A stretch of 64,000 nucleotides of DNA from the NCBI GenBank assembly GCA_951406725.2, contig OX597814.1, positions 206,088,001-206,152,000 of the forward strand. The letters run 5' to 3'. The notes below the pieces were generated by a model. That model did not search any database and was not told where the DNA came from. It was given only the letters and a program-made list of their open reading frames with translations. The DNA comes from Octopus vulgaris (Eukaryota). Position numbers and translations under genes: made by a program. Shown piece after piece: positions 11,317 through 22,148 of the stretch. The first letter of the stretch is position 1, and the number at the start of each line of letters is the position of its first letter.

Positions 11317-12016
11317 CTGAAAATCAAAATAGCAGAAGAAATTGAGAATATAATGTCATTATTTATGAGTGGAGGGCATGGTTGTGTTGGTGTAGAACCA
11401 GGTCAGACACTTTCTGGCCATAAACATGTCCAAGTGTTCTTCCTTGTTTAAGATGTTAGATGGTACATGAAGAAGATCTGCCTTTTCTAGCAGATCAAGT
11501 CATCACTTAGAGGCCCCTTTGTTTGTTCGATAGCCAAGAGGATTATGAGGTTCCCTGTACAATTAACTGGCTCTAGTTCAACAGCACCTTGAGCAAGTAT
11601 CTTCTACCATAGCCTCAAGATGACCAGGGCCTTGTGACTGATATTTGGAAGACAGAAACTGTGGACATCATAGGATGTGTGTGTGTGTGTGTGTGATCAG
11701 ATAAATATATACACACATATGTGTATACACACATACAGTACTTAGAGGAAACAGTAGTCATTCACAAAGACAATTGCCAATAAAAAGCTTTATCCTGAGC
11801 AGACCAATATGTAAACCTATTTTCCAAATAAAGAGTAGAATATTTGAATATCAGAATATGTCAAAACACTTAATGAAGTGCACTGCAAAATTTCAATTAA
11901 AACTAGTCCCTTAATGAAAAGAGAGACTCATTATCTTCATGACAGACTCATGTCAAGAAACGAGACGAATATAACCTTGAAATTTAAATTTTTATAAATA
12001 AAAAACAATATTTATA

Positions 12017-12049
<33 letters not shown>

Positions 12050-12053
<4 letters not shown>

Positions 12054-14378
12054 AGAGTCTGCCGAATGTTGACCCAACAGAGGGACCAGCTATCCGAGTT
12101 GATAGTTCCATGGTAGCTAAGGCAATTAGAAGCATGAAGACAGGGAAAGCCCCAGGCCCATCAGGAATTACTGCAGAGATGCTCAAAATATCTGGCAGTG
12201 TCGGCTATAACCTAGTCACCCGTATAGTCAACCAGGTGATACACGAAGGAGTCATACCCAATGACTGGTGTAGCAGCATACTAGTCAACTGCTACAAAGG
12301 TAAAGGTGATGCCCTAGATACAAATAATTACAGAGGTATCAAGCTGTTAGATCAGGTAATGAAGGTTACGGAGAGGGTCATAGCCCAACTAATTAGAGAG
12401 AGAGTTAGTTTAGATGAGATGCAGTTTGGGTTTGTCCCAGGGAAAAGCACCACTGATGCTATATTCCTGGTAAGGCAGCTGCAGGAGAAATACCTAGCCA
12501 AAGATAAGCCCCTGTACCTGGCTTTCGTTGACATGGAGAAAGCCTTTGATAGGGTCCCCCGATCCCTCATCTGGTGGTCAATGAGGAAACTAGGGATAGA
12601 TGAATGGCTGGTGAGGGCTGTGCAAGCCATGTACAGAGATGCCGTAAGTAAGGTTAGAGTTGGCAACATGTACACAGAAGAATTCAAAGTAGAGGTAGGG
12701 GTCCACCAGGGTTCAGTACTCAGCCCCCTCCTATTTATCATAGTCCTCCAGGCAATTGTGGAGGAATTCAAGACAGGTTGCCCCTGGGAGCTCCTCTATG
12801 CTGACGACCTCGCTCTAATTGCTGAGTCACTATCAGAACTGGAGGAGAAGTTCCAGGTGTGGAAGGAGGGTTTAGAATCGAGGGGCCTTAGAATCAACCT
12901 AGCTAAAACCAAAGTACTAATAAGTAGAAAAGTAGACAATCCACAAATATCCTCAGGAAGATGGCCCTGCTCGATCTGTAGAAAAGGTGTAGGTAGAAAC
13001 TCTATAAGATGTACCCAGTGTAAGCTATGGACACATAAGAGGTGCAGCAATGTCAAAGGTAGGCTAACTGGGAAGATAGTTTTTGTATGTGGCAGATGCT
13101 CTGGAGCATTGACCTCCGAAAATCTGCAGAAAACAACTTCCGTCACTTTCCGGGGGAAAAACTAGAAGTAGTTGATAGCTTCCGCTATCTAGGTGACCAA
13201 GTCAGTAGTGGGGGTGGGTGCGCTGAAAGTGTAACTGCTAGAATAAGAATAGCCTGGGCAAAGTTTAGGGAGCTCTTACCTCTGCTGGGGACTAAAGGCC
13301 TCTCGCTCAGAGTAAAAGGCAGACTGTATGATGCATGTGTACGAACAGCTATGCTACATGGCAGTGAAACATGGGCTGTGACTGCTGAGGACATGCATAA
13401 GCTCGTGAGGAACGAAGCCAGTATGCTCCGATGGATGTGTAATGTCAGTGTACTTACTCGACAGAGCGTTAGTACCTTGAGAGAAATGTTGTACCTAAGA
13501 AGCATCAGTTGTGGTGTGCAAGAGAGACGATTGCGCTGGTATGGTCATGTGGCGAGAATGGATGAAGATAGGTGTGTGAGAAAGTGCCAATCCCTAGCAG
13601 TTGAGGGAACCCGTGGAAGAGGTAGACCCAGGAAAACCTGGGACGAGGTGGTGAAGCACGACCTTCGGACGTTAGGTCTCACCATGGAAATGACTAGAGA
13701 CCGAGACCTATGGAAGTATGCTGTGCGTGAGAAGACCCGGCAAGACTAGTGAAGCCATAACCCGTGGCCCCTACCTGGGACGTAGTCAGTCCACCTGTGC
13801 ATACCTTCCTTCTTGTGACACTTGTGAAGACCTGTTGAGGCAAGTGAGAATCGAATCAAATCAAATCAAATCGAACCAAATCAAAATAGATGAACATCAA
13901 TGGAATTTGTATCCTTGTGGTACCAGTGCCGGTGGCACATTAGAAAACCATCCGAACATGACCGTAGCCAGTACCGCAACGACTGGCCTCCGTGCTGAGG
14001 GCACGTAACAAACACCATCCGAGCGTGACCGTCCGCCAGCCTCGTCTGGCACCTGTGTCGGTGACACATAAGAAAACACCATCCGAGCGTGGCCGTCAGC
14101 CAGCCTCGTCTGGCACCTGTGTCGGTGGCACATAAAAAACACCATCCGAGCGTGGCCGTCTGCCAGCCTCGTCTGGCACCTGTGTCGGTGGCACATAAAA
14201 TCACCCTCTACACTCTCGGAGTGGTTGGCGTTAGGAAGGGCATCCAGCTGTAGAAACACTGCCAGATCTGACTGGCCTGGTGCAGCCTTCGGGCTTGCCA
14301 GACCCCAGTTGAACCGTCCAACCCATGCTAGCATGGAAAGCGGACGTTAAACGATGATGATGATGATGATGATGATGA
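12050..14378 (+). mobile_element. 5'-truncated RTE-clade LINE (RT + PHD-like finger + 3' UTR + (GAT)n), inserted in (TA)n
   Basis: ORFs 12020-13165 and 13087-13749 contain KAPGPSG, QFGF, AFVDMEKAFD, GVHQGSVLSPLLF, LLYADD and RGRGRPRKTW; one frameshift in a G run at about 13152; TA repeats on both flanks. Confidence 0.95.
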
Positions 14379-14405
14379 TATATATATATATATATATATA
14401 TATGT

Positions 14406-14511
14406 ATTGGCCTGCTCACTTAGCCAGCGGGGTGGCGTCATTTGAAGGCTAAAACGATGCGAAGCGCATTGTGACCAGCGATGTGTAGCAGCATCTGATA
14501 GCCTGGTCGGT

Positions 14512-14520
<9 letters not shown>
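14406..14520 (+). repeat. Short interspersed repeat fragment between (TA)n tracts
   Basis: GC-richer 115-bp island ending ggtcggtcacgtgata, flanked by TA microsatellite; family not assigned. Confidence 0.4.
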
Positions 14521-14554
<34 letters not shown>

Positions 14555-15231
14555 TATATATATATGCCATTTGATATTCATTCAGGTTAAGCTGAAGGCA
14601 GGAATTTAGCAACAGAGAGACAACTCCAAGCATGTTTCAGTGTTGAGACCTCTTCGTTATAAAAGCCTACCCATGACCGCCAGATTGTTGATGACTAAAG
14701 AATTTTAATGAGTGGATACGGAATGGTGTGACAACTTGGAATAGAACACTGCTCTACAGTTTCTCTATTGTACCTCCTTGATCGCACTTTAGCCTTTCAA
14801 CACCTAGCATAACCCCTAAATAACCCTTTCGGTTCCTCACTCCATTTAGTAGAAGGAGTGTTTTTCTTTTTTTTTTCTGTCTTGGACATTACTAGGCCAC
14901 CTCACTAGTAATGACAGCAGGAAAATTGCCCCCAGTTCACTCTGTAAAGTGGTTGGTATTAGGAAGGGCAATAGAAACCTTGCTAAAGCTGACCCTAGAG
15001 GTCAATGCTGCTCACCAGATCCTGTCAAACTATTCAATGCAAGCAAACATGGAAAATGAATGTTAAATGACAATGATGATGATTTTTAACATTGCTTTAT
15101 ATTAATCTAATGTGTTTACAGTAATTACATACAAATTGTCCAACCTATGCAAGCATGGACAACAGATATTAAATGATGACAATGATGATGTCTGTAAATG
15201 ATTTCATGAAATAAAGAATATTTCTTCTAAC

Positions 15232-15400
15232 CTTTTTCCGATTCAAAAGTGATAATAACTTCCTCAGAATCTTGGATCCGTTCTGGTTTTCCTTTAATAG
15301 GTCCTCCACTTGATCTCTTCTTGTTCTCAAAATAAGACTGAATGGCTTCCAAATGGAAATCAGTTGGGACTCCTGACACCAATATCCGTTCTGCCCTCAT
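15232..15400 (-). CDS. PARP14-like: PARP14-like gene, probable first coding exon (RRM-like domain 1); whole exon is 15232-15430, ATG at 15400
   Basis: Translates MRAERILVSGVPTDFHLEAIQSYFENKKRSSGGPIKG...VIITFESEK. The YFxxxKRSxGG motif is typical of the PARP14/PARP10 N-terminal RRM-like domains. Acceptor tttgcag at 15431, donor G|GTTAG at 15231 (phase 1), joins the next exon in frame (K-D-A-E-N-V). Confidence 0.8.
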
Positions 15401-17070
15401 CTTCTCCTTCCATACTCGAGGCAGATATTCCTGCAAAATAAAACCAAGATTTAATGCTAGACAAATACAAGTTACTCACCATCCATGTAACAATACTGTG
15501 CTATCCACATCATAAACATCCACTTTACATGTCTGATGTAAACCTGAAATACATGTAGCCTTCAAACAGTCCAGATATGCTAGAAGTAACAGCCAAAGTT
15601 TTTCAAAAGTTCACCCAGTTATTTTTAAAATAGACCAAATACACTTGCCAAAATCGTTTTGTCTTGAGAATATCTGCAAAGAAATTATGGCATTCCTGAT
15701 TGAACAATGCTAATTTCACTCTCAGAAACCAGAGTTCTAACATATGTCCATGAAATCTGAAAGTCACACTTCTCAGCTTTAAAATCTTTAAAAAGATGTT
15801 TTGCAATAAAACAGCCAAACAAATGCCACCAAATGATGCCATTTAGTATGACAAACTTCACCGAAATACACATTTTCCAAACAATTCTTTCTTCAATAGG
15901 CACAAGGCTTGAAACTTTGGGGGAGAGGTTAATCAATTAGATAAACCCCAGTGTATAACTGGTACTTACTTTATTGACCCTGAGGAGATGAAAGGTAAAA
16001 TTGACCTCAGTGGAATTTGAACCCAGAACATAAAGATGGATGAAATGTCACTGAGCATTTTGTCCACATTTTCCAAACAATGACAATGACCACAACAACA
16101 ATAACAACCAAAAGTACCAATCTGATAAGCCTGATTAATGCCACAACATCATATAGAATACATTCAACAAAAGAACACCCCAACCATTCACCCACCAAAC
16201 TAAACCAGGTGAACCTAATTTATAAATACTGCTTTGTGTTGGGCCCTTAATTCCTTGATAGGGTTGTATGGGGCACTATGGTCAGAAATGGCATGTCTTG
16301 GGTATTTTTAGACCCGGAGGGACCAGGGGATGTGGTGATTTGCTGTACTTGAAAAGTCATGTGAAGCTAAGTAAAATCGCTGCCTTCCATACATACAGAC
16401 TTGTCCTTTCATGGGTGGGTGCCACATAAAAATACACCCTTGCCAGTGGCATGTAAAAATCACCCAGCACATTCTGTTAAGTGGTTGACATTAGGAAGGA
16501 CATCCAGCTGTAGATACCATGCCACAACAGACAACTGGAGCCTGGCCAGCTCCAATACAAACAATCCAACCCATGCCATCATGGAAAGAGGGCATTAAAC
16601 AATGATGTCAAGGCCATCCTTCTGCAAGAATGACCAAAACTGGTTTCTTCTAAAAAGAGGGAGAGAGAAACAGAAAGAAAAAGTGAGAGGCTGAGAAGAA
16701 TTGACCCCAGTACTTTGTTTATTGACTCCAAAGTGATCAAAGACAAAATTGATTTGAGCGTCGCAAAGAGTCAGAAGGATTGCCACAAAGCAACCTATCT
16801 GGTGCTCTACTGACTCTGTGACTTGACCACCTCATAAACACAACAGAAATCACCTAAAAACAAGTTTATGTCACTAAAACATGCTGTCTTTACACATAAC
16901 ATTTTCTCTCACGATAATTCAGAAACACTTTTTACAAACCACAACACAGGACACCTCAAATATTTAATTAAATTGTTTATAACAAAGATAGCGAACCAGA
17001 GCAGAGATTGAAAAACTTTCAGGGCACTAACCAAAAACAGAAAAATCAGAAAACATCAATCTTATAGAAA

Positions 17071-18652
17071 CTAGCAGGCGTATCCAGCGTTGCCCAGGGC
17101 TGTTTGTTAAGTATGCCTGGTCAGCGTTGTCTTCTTGCAAGGAACCAATTCTAGGGTAAATCTGCCCCTGCACTTTAAAGGAAGGCATGAAATGCCCATC
17201 TCGTATGATGTTGGGGCCAAAGGAAGTAATTTGGAATGTGCAGTTGTAGGCATGTATCAGCTTGAGAAAGTCATGAAAATAATGAGACGCCCCTGTCAAA
17301 AGGGGTGGAGGATCTTGTAGAAGAGGTACTGTTATCTTACAGGTGGATCAGCTCATGCCAGGAGTTTCTCCAGGCCAAAGTTTAGCTCTGCAAAATTGGC
17401 AGATTGTGGGCATGCAGCGTATTTGAACATCAGGGTGATTACTGTGGTCAGTTGTAGGATTGTAGTTGAATGCTGTCATTGACCAACGCGAGGAGCATGG
17501 CCTTGAGTAGGAACGTTGTGCAGCCCTTCGCCGAGTTGTTGTCTCCAGTCGTTGTGGTCTTTCCCCTGTAGTGTCTGTAGCACACGCAGCAGCAGTTGCT
17601 GCAGCATCTCTTGTATACCAAACTGCACATTGTGCTGCAGCTCGTACAGCAGTAGTAGAGGAAGCATTTCTTGTTCGGCGTGCTGAACATTGCTCATTGC
17701 TCTGGATGGCTCGTTGTGCTAACCATTCACAACGCTGCTCCTCACTTTCCCTTCTTCGCACTGAAGCCATCCTATGTGCATTGAGAGAGTTCCTCCTGGC
17801 GGCGTTTTCAGCAGATTCATTTGCATGCATGCGTTTACTTTTCTTTGCAGCATTTGTTTGCCCACCTATATTGGAACTTTTGTGTCGAGGTATGGTGGAA
17901 AATTATCAGTTTATGCAATAGAAAAAGTCCTAAGGAAAAAGCGGTGAATGTATAGCACCCAAAAAATAGTAACATGTAGTTTGTAAAAATGTTTTTCAAG
18001 CAGACTGAATTGATTTTGGGTAAGAGTTTTGAAGTGGCTAGTTTAAGTTGGAATAGTTATATGGAAAAAAGCACTCATGTGTAAACAGAGGCAAATCGTA
18101 GCTTGCAAATGAATATTGCTGGCAGTACTGTGCAAGCAGTCGATAAGAGCTTGTCGCAGCTGACAAAGTAAAGTATTGATTTTTCCCAGTTGGGCATGTT
18201 ACGTTTTTCACTGGCTCAAGCCAAATCCTAGGCAAATTGAGAGTAGTCTATTTATGCTGGGAGTGCAGAATTTTGAGGAAAAAATTATACGAAAAAGCGT
18301 CCCAAGTCAAAGAGAGGACACATGTCAAATTTGGTGAAATTCGGTTGGAAATTGTAGGAGTAGAAGTGGTTCACACAACATACACACAGAAACAAACAGC
18401 CAACTTGCCTTTTAATATATAAGATCAAACACATACCATTGCATAGATGTGGTGGGTTCAAATCCTTGGTGAATTGAGAGTAGTCTATTTATGTTGGGGG
18501 TGTGGAATTTCAAGGAAAAAATCATAAGAAAAAAGTGTCCTAAGTCAAAGAGAGTACACATGTCAAATCTAGTGAAATTCAGTTGAAAATTGTAGGAGTA
18601 GAAGTGGTTCACACAACAGACAGACAGACAACTTGCCTTTTAATATATAAGA
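17071..18652 (-). mobile_element. Internally deleted Helitron with Rep N-terminal remnant and duplicated 5' terminus
   Basis: 5' A|TCTTATATATTAAAAGGCAAG at 18424 and again at 18652; 3' end CTAG|T at 17071 preceded by a GC-rich hairpin-like segment; ORFs include CQFCRAKLWPGETPGM and YNCTFQITSFG...FMPSFKVQGQIYPRIGSL. Confidence 0.85.
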
Positions 18653-18668
18653 TACAAGAAAATGAAGT

Positions 18669-19010
18669 AGTTAGTTAATTAGTTAGTTAATTTTTTGGCT
18701 CAGAAAGCAAAAAGCAAGGCCATGTAGTGGGGACATGGAGTTAGGTACAGGGTGGTGTTCATGTAAAGAGTTCATGCCACTTGTGGTCAAGGGAGACTTT
18801 GAACCGAGCGATCGTCGGCATCCTCACCATCTCGTCCGGCAGCTTATTCCATGGATCCGCAACCCGGACGGAGAAAGCCCCTCTCCTTCGATTGAGATGA
18901 AATCGTCGCAGATAGAGCTTTTCGGAATGACCCCGCAGCCGACGCTCTGGAGCAGGAGTGAAGAACAGCTCTTTCGAGAGGTTACACTTTCCGCTTATGA
19001 TGTAGATTAT
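18669..19010 (-). mobile_element. CR1-type LINE 3' end with (TAAC)n-like tail
   Basis: Minus strand translates ...LRGHSEKLYLRRFHLNRRRGAFSVRVADPWNKLPDEMV...FKVSLD, the CR1 C-terminal motif. Confidence 0.8.
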
Positions 19011-19348
19011 TATGTGTCCAACCCTTGGTTTTGAACCAAATAATACGGCAATGGTGATTGGTCAATTGTTTCGTTGGGGTTGTGGTACTCCTGTCACAAT
19101 GCCAGTCACCGTGACTCCAGCTAAAATGTGGAAAGCAAGGAAACCAAACCTGTTGCTGTTTTTTTTTCACTTTGTGTTTTAACAGACTAATGTGCAACTT
19201 TTGGGTTACAACTGGCCAATCAACAAGGCTCAGCAAATTCTCAACAAGTTATTCTTTGGTGCCTTACCAATGCATTACATAAAGAACCCTCAAAGTTGAA
19301 TTTAATCAGAAAGGAGTGAGTTGCCTTAGCAACAGGATGGTTTACCAA

Positions 19349-19769
19349 TCTATATATATCTATAATATAAATTGGACATGAGCGATCCTTGTATTATTTC
19401 TTGTCTTGAGGTTCACGACCAAATGGCAGGATGAATTCGTGTAAAAAATGGCACACATGTGGAGATGGGTGCATAGATTGGAATGCAGTTTGTATTTTTT
19501 TCCTAGCCTCCCTACATACCGAGAAAATCGATAAAAACCTTTTCCTATTGGAATTCCCCTCTTTCTTCCGCCATTAAAACATCCAGTTGCTTAGAAGCTG
19601 TTTTTTGACAGGATGAAGCCAGGAAATTTTCATATAGTTGGAGGATCCAATCGAAACTGGGGACCTGAAATGATAAGGTTGAGAAATGGTGTTATAGATT
19701 ATGCCTAACCGAAAACAATCATAGCCACAACATCCAAACAGACCGGGTGAAACCGGGCTTAGCTGCTAG
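19349..19769 (+). mobile_element. Non-autonomous Helitron
   Basis: A|TCTAT 5' end, 3' hairpin CCGG-gtgaaa-CCGG (19743-19756) and CTAG|T terminus. Confidence 0.65.
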
Positions 19770-19934
19770 TATAATATAAATACACTTTCTGCCTTTAGAG
19801 ACCAGCTTAAAGCACAGGAGTGCATGCACACAGACAGACACACACACACACGCACACACTGTGTCTCTCTTAATGAATCTCTAAAAGGTAACACATTATT
19901 AAAGACAGAAACATTCACATTAAAATTAGATATA

Positions 19935-21400
19935 GAGCTGGGTGGTGTCTAAATCTAAATGTGTTTAATATAAATGTTCTTATAATTAAACACATTGAGA
20001 TATAGACACCACCCGGCTCGTGACATTGGCCTATATCGTGGTGACAGTTTGAGTATTTCCCATGGGTGTGATGGTCACACCCTTGATAGATTTAGAAAGC
20101 AAATAATTTCTACCTTTAATCAATTAGGACCGAAAATCTCAGTAACTACTAAGGAGCACTCCATCGGTTACGACGACGAGGGTCCCAGCTGATCCGATCA
20201 ACGGAACAGCCTGCTCATGAAATTAACATGAAAGTGGCTGAGCACTCCACAGACACGTGTACCCCTAATGTAGTTCTCAGGGAGATTTAGCATGACACAG
20301 AGTGTGACAAGGCCAGCCCTTTGAAATACAGGTACAACTCATTTTTGCCAGCTGAGTGAACTGGAGCAACGTGAAATAAAGTGTCTTGCTCACAGAGACA
20401 ACGTGTCACAAGGAATTGAACTCACAACCTTACAATCGTGAGCTGAATGCCCTAACCACTAAGCCACGCTTATTAAGATGTTTCCCTAGATTTAAACTCC
20501 TCCTCATATAAACCTTTCCATAAGCCTAATGAGAAACTCACATATATCCTTAGCATATAAAAAGCTGATAGCTAATATTAGTAACAGAGTGTCTAACCTC
20601 TCTTCTTCCAAAGAAATTTTCGACAAAGCTGCACCCTATTATAACAAGGCCCTAGCCAATAGTGGCTTCAAAGATAAATTAATATATAATCCCTCTAATA
20701 ATAATCAAAATATTAATAATAGATCAAAGATAAAGTAGTTCGTAACTATTCCAGTATTAATCAGGATAATGAGAAACGTAAAAATAGATCAGGGAATAAT
20801 TATTTGGTTTGCCCTCCCCCCCTTTCTCCTGAATATAAAAACTAAATTTGGTAAAAGATTCCTGTCGCTCCTAGACAAACATTTTCCAGCCCCTCACAGA
20901 TAGAGGAAAATATTCAATAGGCGTTCTGTGAAATTATCATATAGCTGCTGCTGCCCCACTTTGAAGAGTATCATTACACGTGGTCAATACCAAGAGCCTG
21001 AATCCAGTTGCAATTGTTGTGACTCAGAATCCTGTCCACTTGACCAACGATGTATGACTAAATCTATCATATATGAGGCAGAAGCTACTGCAACCGTAAA
21101 TAATAATGCAACTGTTAAGAAGACCTATGCTGGATTATGAGAAGGAGAATTTAAAAATCGCTATGCCAATCACATAGGACATAAGGACAAAAGTAAAGCT
21201 ACCAAGTTGGCTAGATACATATGGACTTTGAAAGATAATGAAATACCGCATGGGATTAAATGGAAAATAATTGAGAAATCCATACCTTATGATATGTGGT
21301 TTGCGCCAGAAGAATATGTTTGAGATTTCTCAACATATGAAACTACTAGTAGCGCTTTAATACATGTATTGTGACCTTTAGATAAATAATATTTATCTCT
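19935..21400 (+). mobile_element. Decayed Penelope-like element (Naiad-like): RT C-terminus, linker and GIY-YIG endonuclease, interrupted by a SINE
   Basis: IGLYRGD, DVSLDLNSSSYKPFHKPN, IFDKAAPYYNKALANSGF, FLSLLDKHFP, KLSYSC, CNCxxxxxCPLxxxC, IIYEA...TYAGL*EGEFKNRY, LARYIWTLKD...IKWKII. Confidence 0.85.
20153..20470 (-). mobile_element. SINE nested within the Penelope relic
   Basis: Same family as 37933-38315; Penelope RT homology resumes after it. Confidence 0.75.
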
Positions 21401-21996
21401 CACAAGATGGAGTACTTTTTTTGTTGAATTTTCTATCATGGATCAATACTTTATATGTATATATACATATTTAATATAATAAATGTGGAAATTAATGTCA
21501 GTGTGTCACACTTAGACCCCACTCTCTCACTATTCAATAACACTCCTACTATTCCTCATGATGGGGTGAGAGTAATAGTAGGCATAGGTGAGGGTGGTGG
21601 TGAAGAAAGACAGTGAGAGAGAGAAAGAAAAAGAGAGGGAGAGAAATAGAAACAAAGAAATTTTGGGAGTTGATATTTTTATTAAAAGTAGTAGTGTTGA
21701 TGGTGGTAGTGCAAGTAATAATAATAAGAGAGAGAGAAAGAGGGATTCAACATTGAAGTAACCTGCTGAATAACATACTAAACAAACACACACTTTTAGC
21801 CATGTAACCATGAAAAATTGTGCTTTAGCTCAGTAGTTTTCAATGTGGATCCTGTACAATGATGAACTGAGATGAAGAAACTTGTTTAAAAAACACTCTG
21901 AAATATGTTGCTAGAAATTCTGTCTTTACTAATTTACTAACTTCATTTTTAAAAACAAGAATAAAGAAAAAAAATAATCTAAAAAACAGAAAGACA

Positions 21997-22148
21997 TAGG
22001 CGCAGGGGTGGCTGTGTGGTAAGTAGCTTGCTTACCAACCACATGGTTCTGAGTTCAGTCCCACAGTGTGGCACCTTGGGCAAGTGTCTTCTACCATAGC
22101 CTTGGGCCGACCAAAGTCTTATGAGTGGATTTGGTAGGTGGAAACTGT
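21997..22148 (+). mobile_element. 5' half of a tRNA-headed SINE split by the RTE LINE
   Basis: Colinear with 10613-10765; the 3' half resumes at about 26330-26565. Confidence 0.75.

Noticed and set aside
13925-14200. CRISPR-like repeat-spacer pattern (also 2141-2760)
   Set aside because: Whole units repeat with no unique spacers; eukaryotic context and no cas genes.
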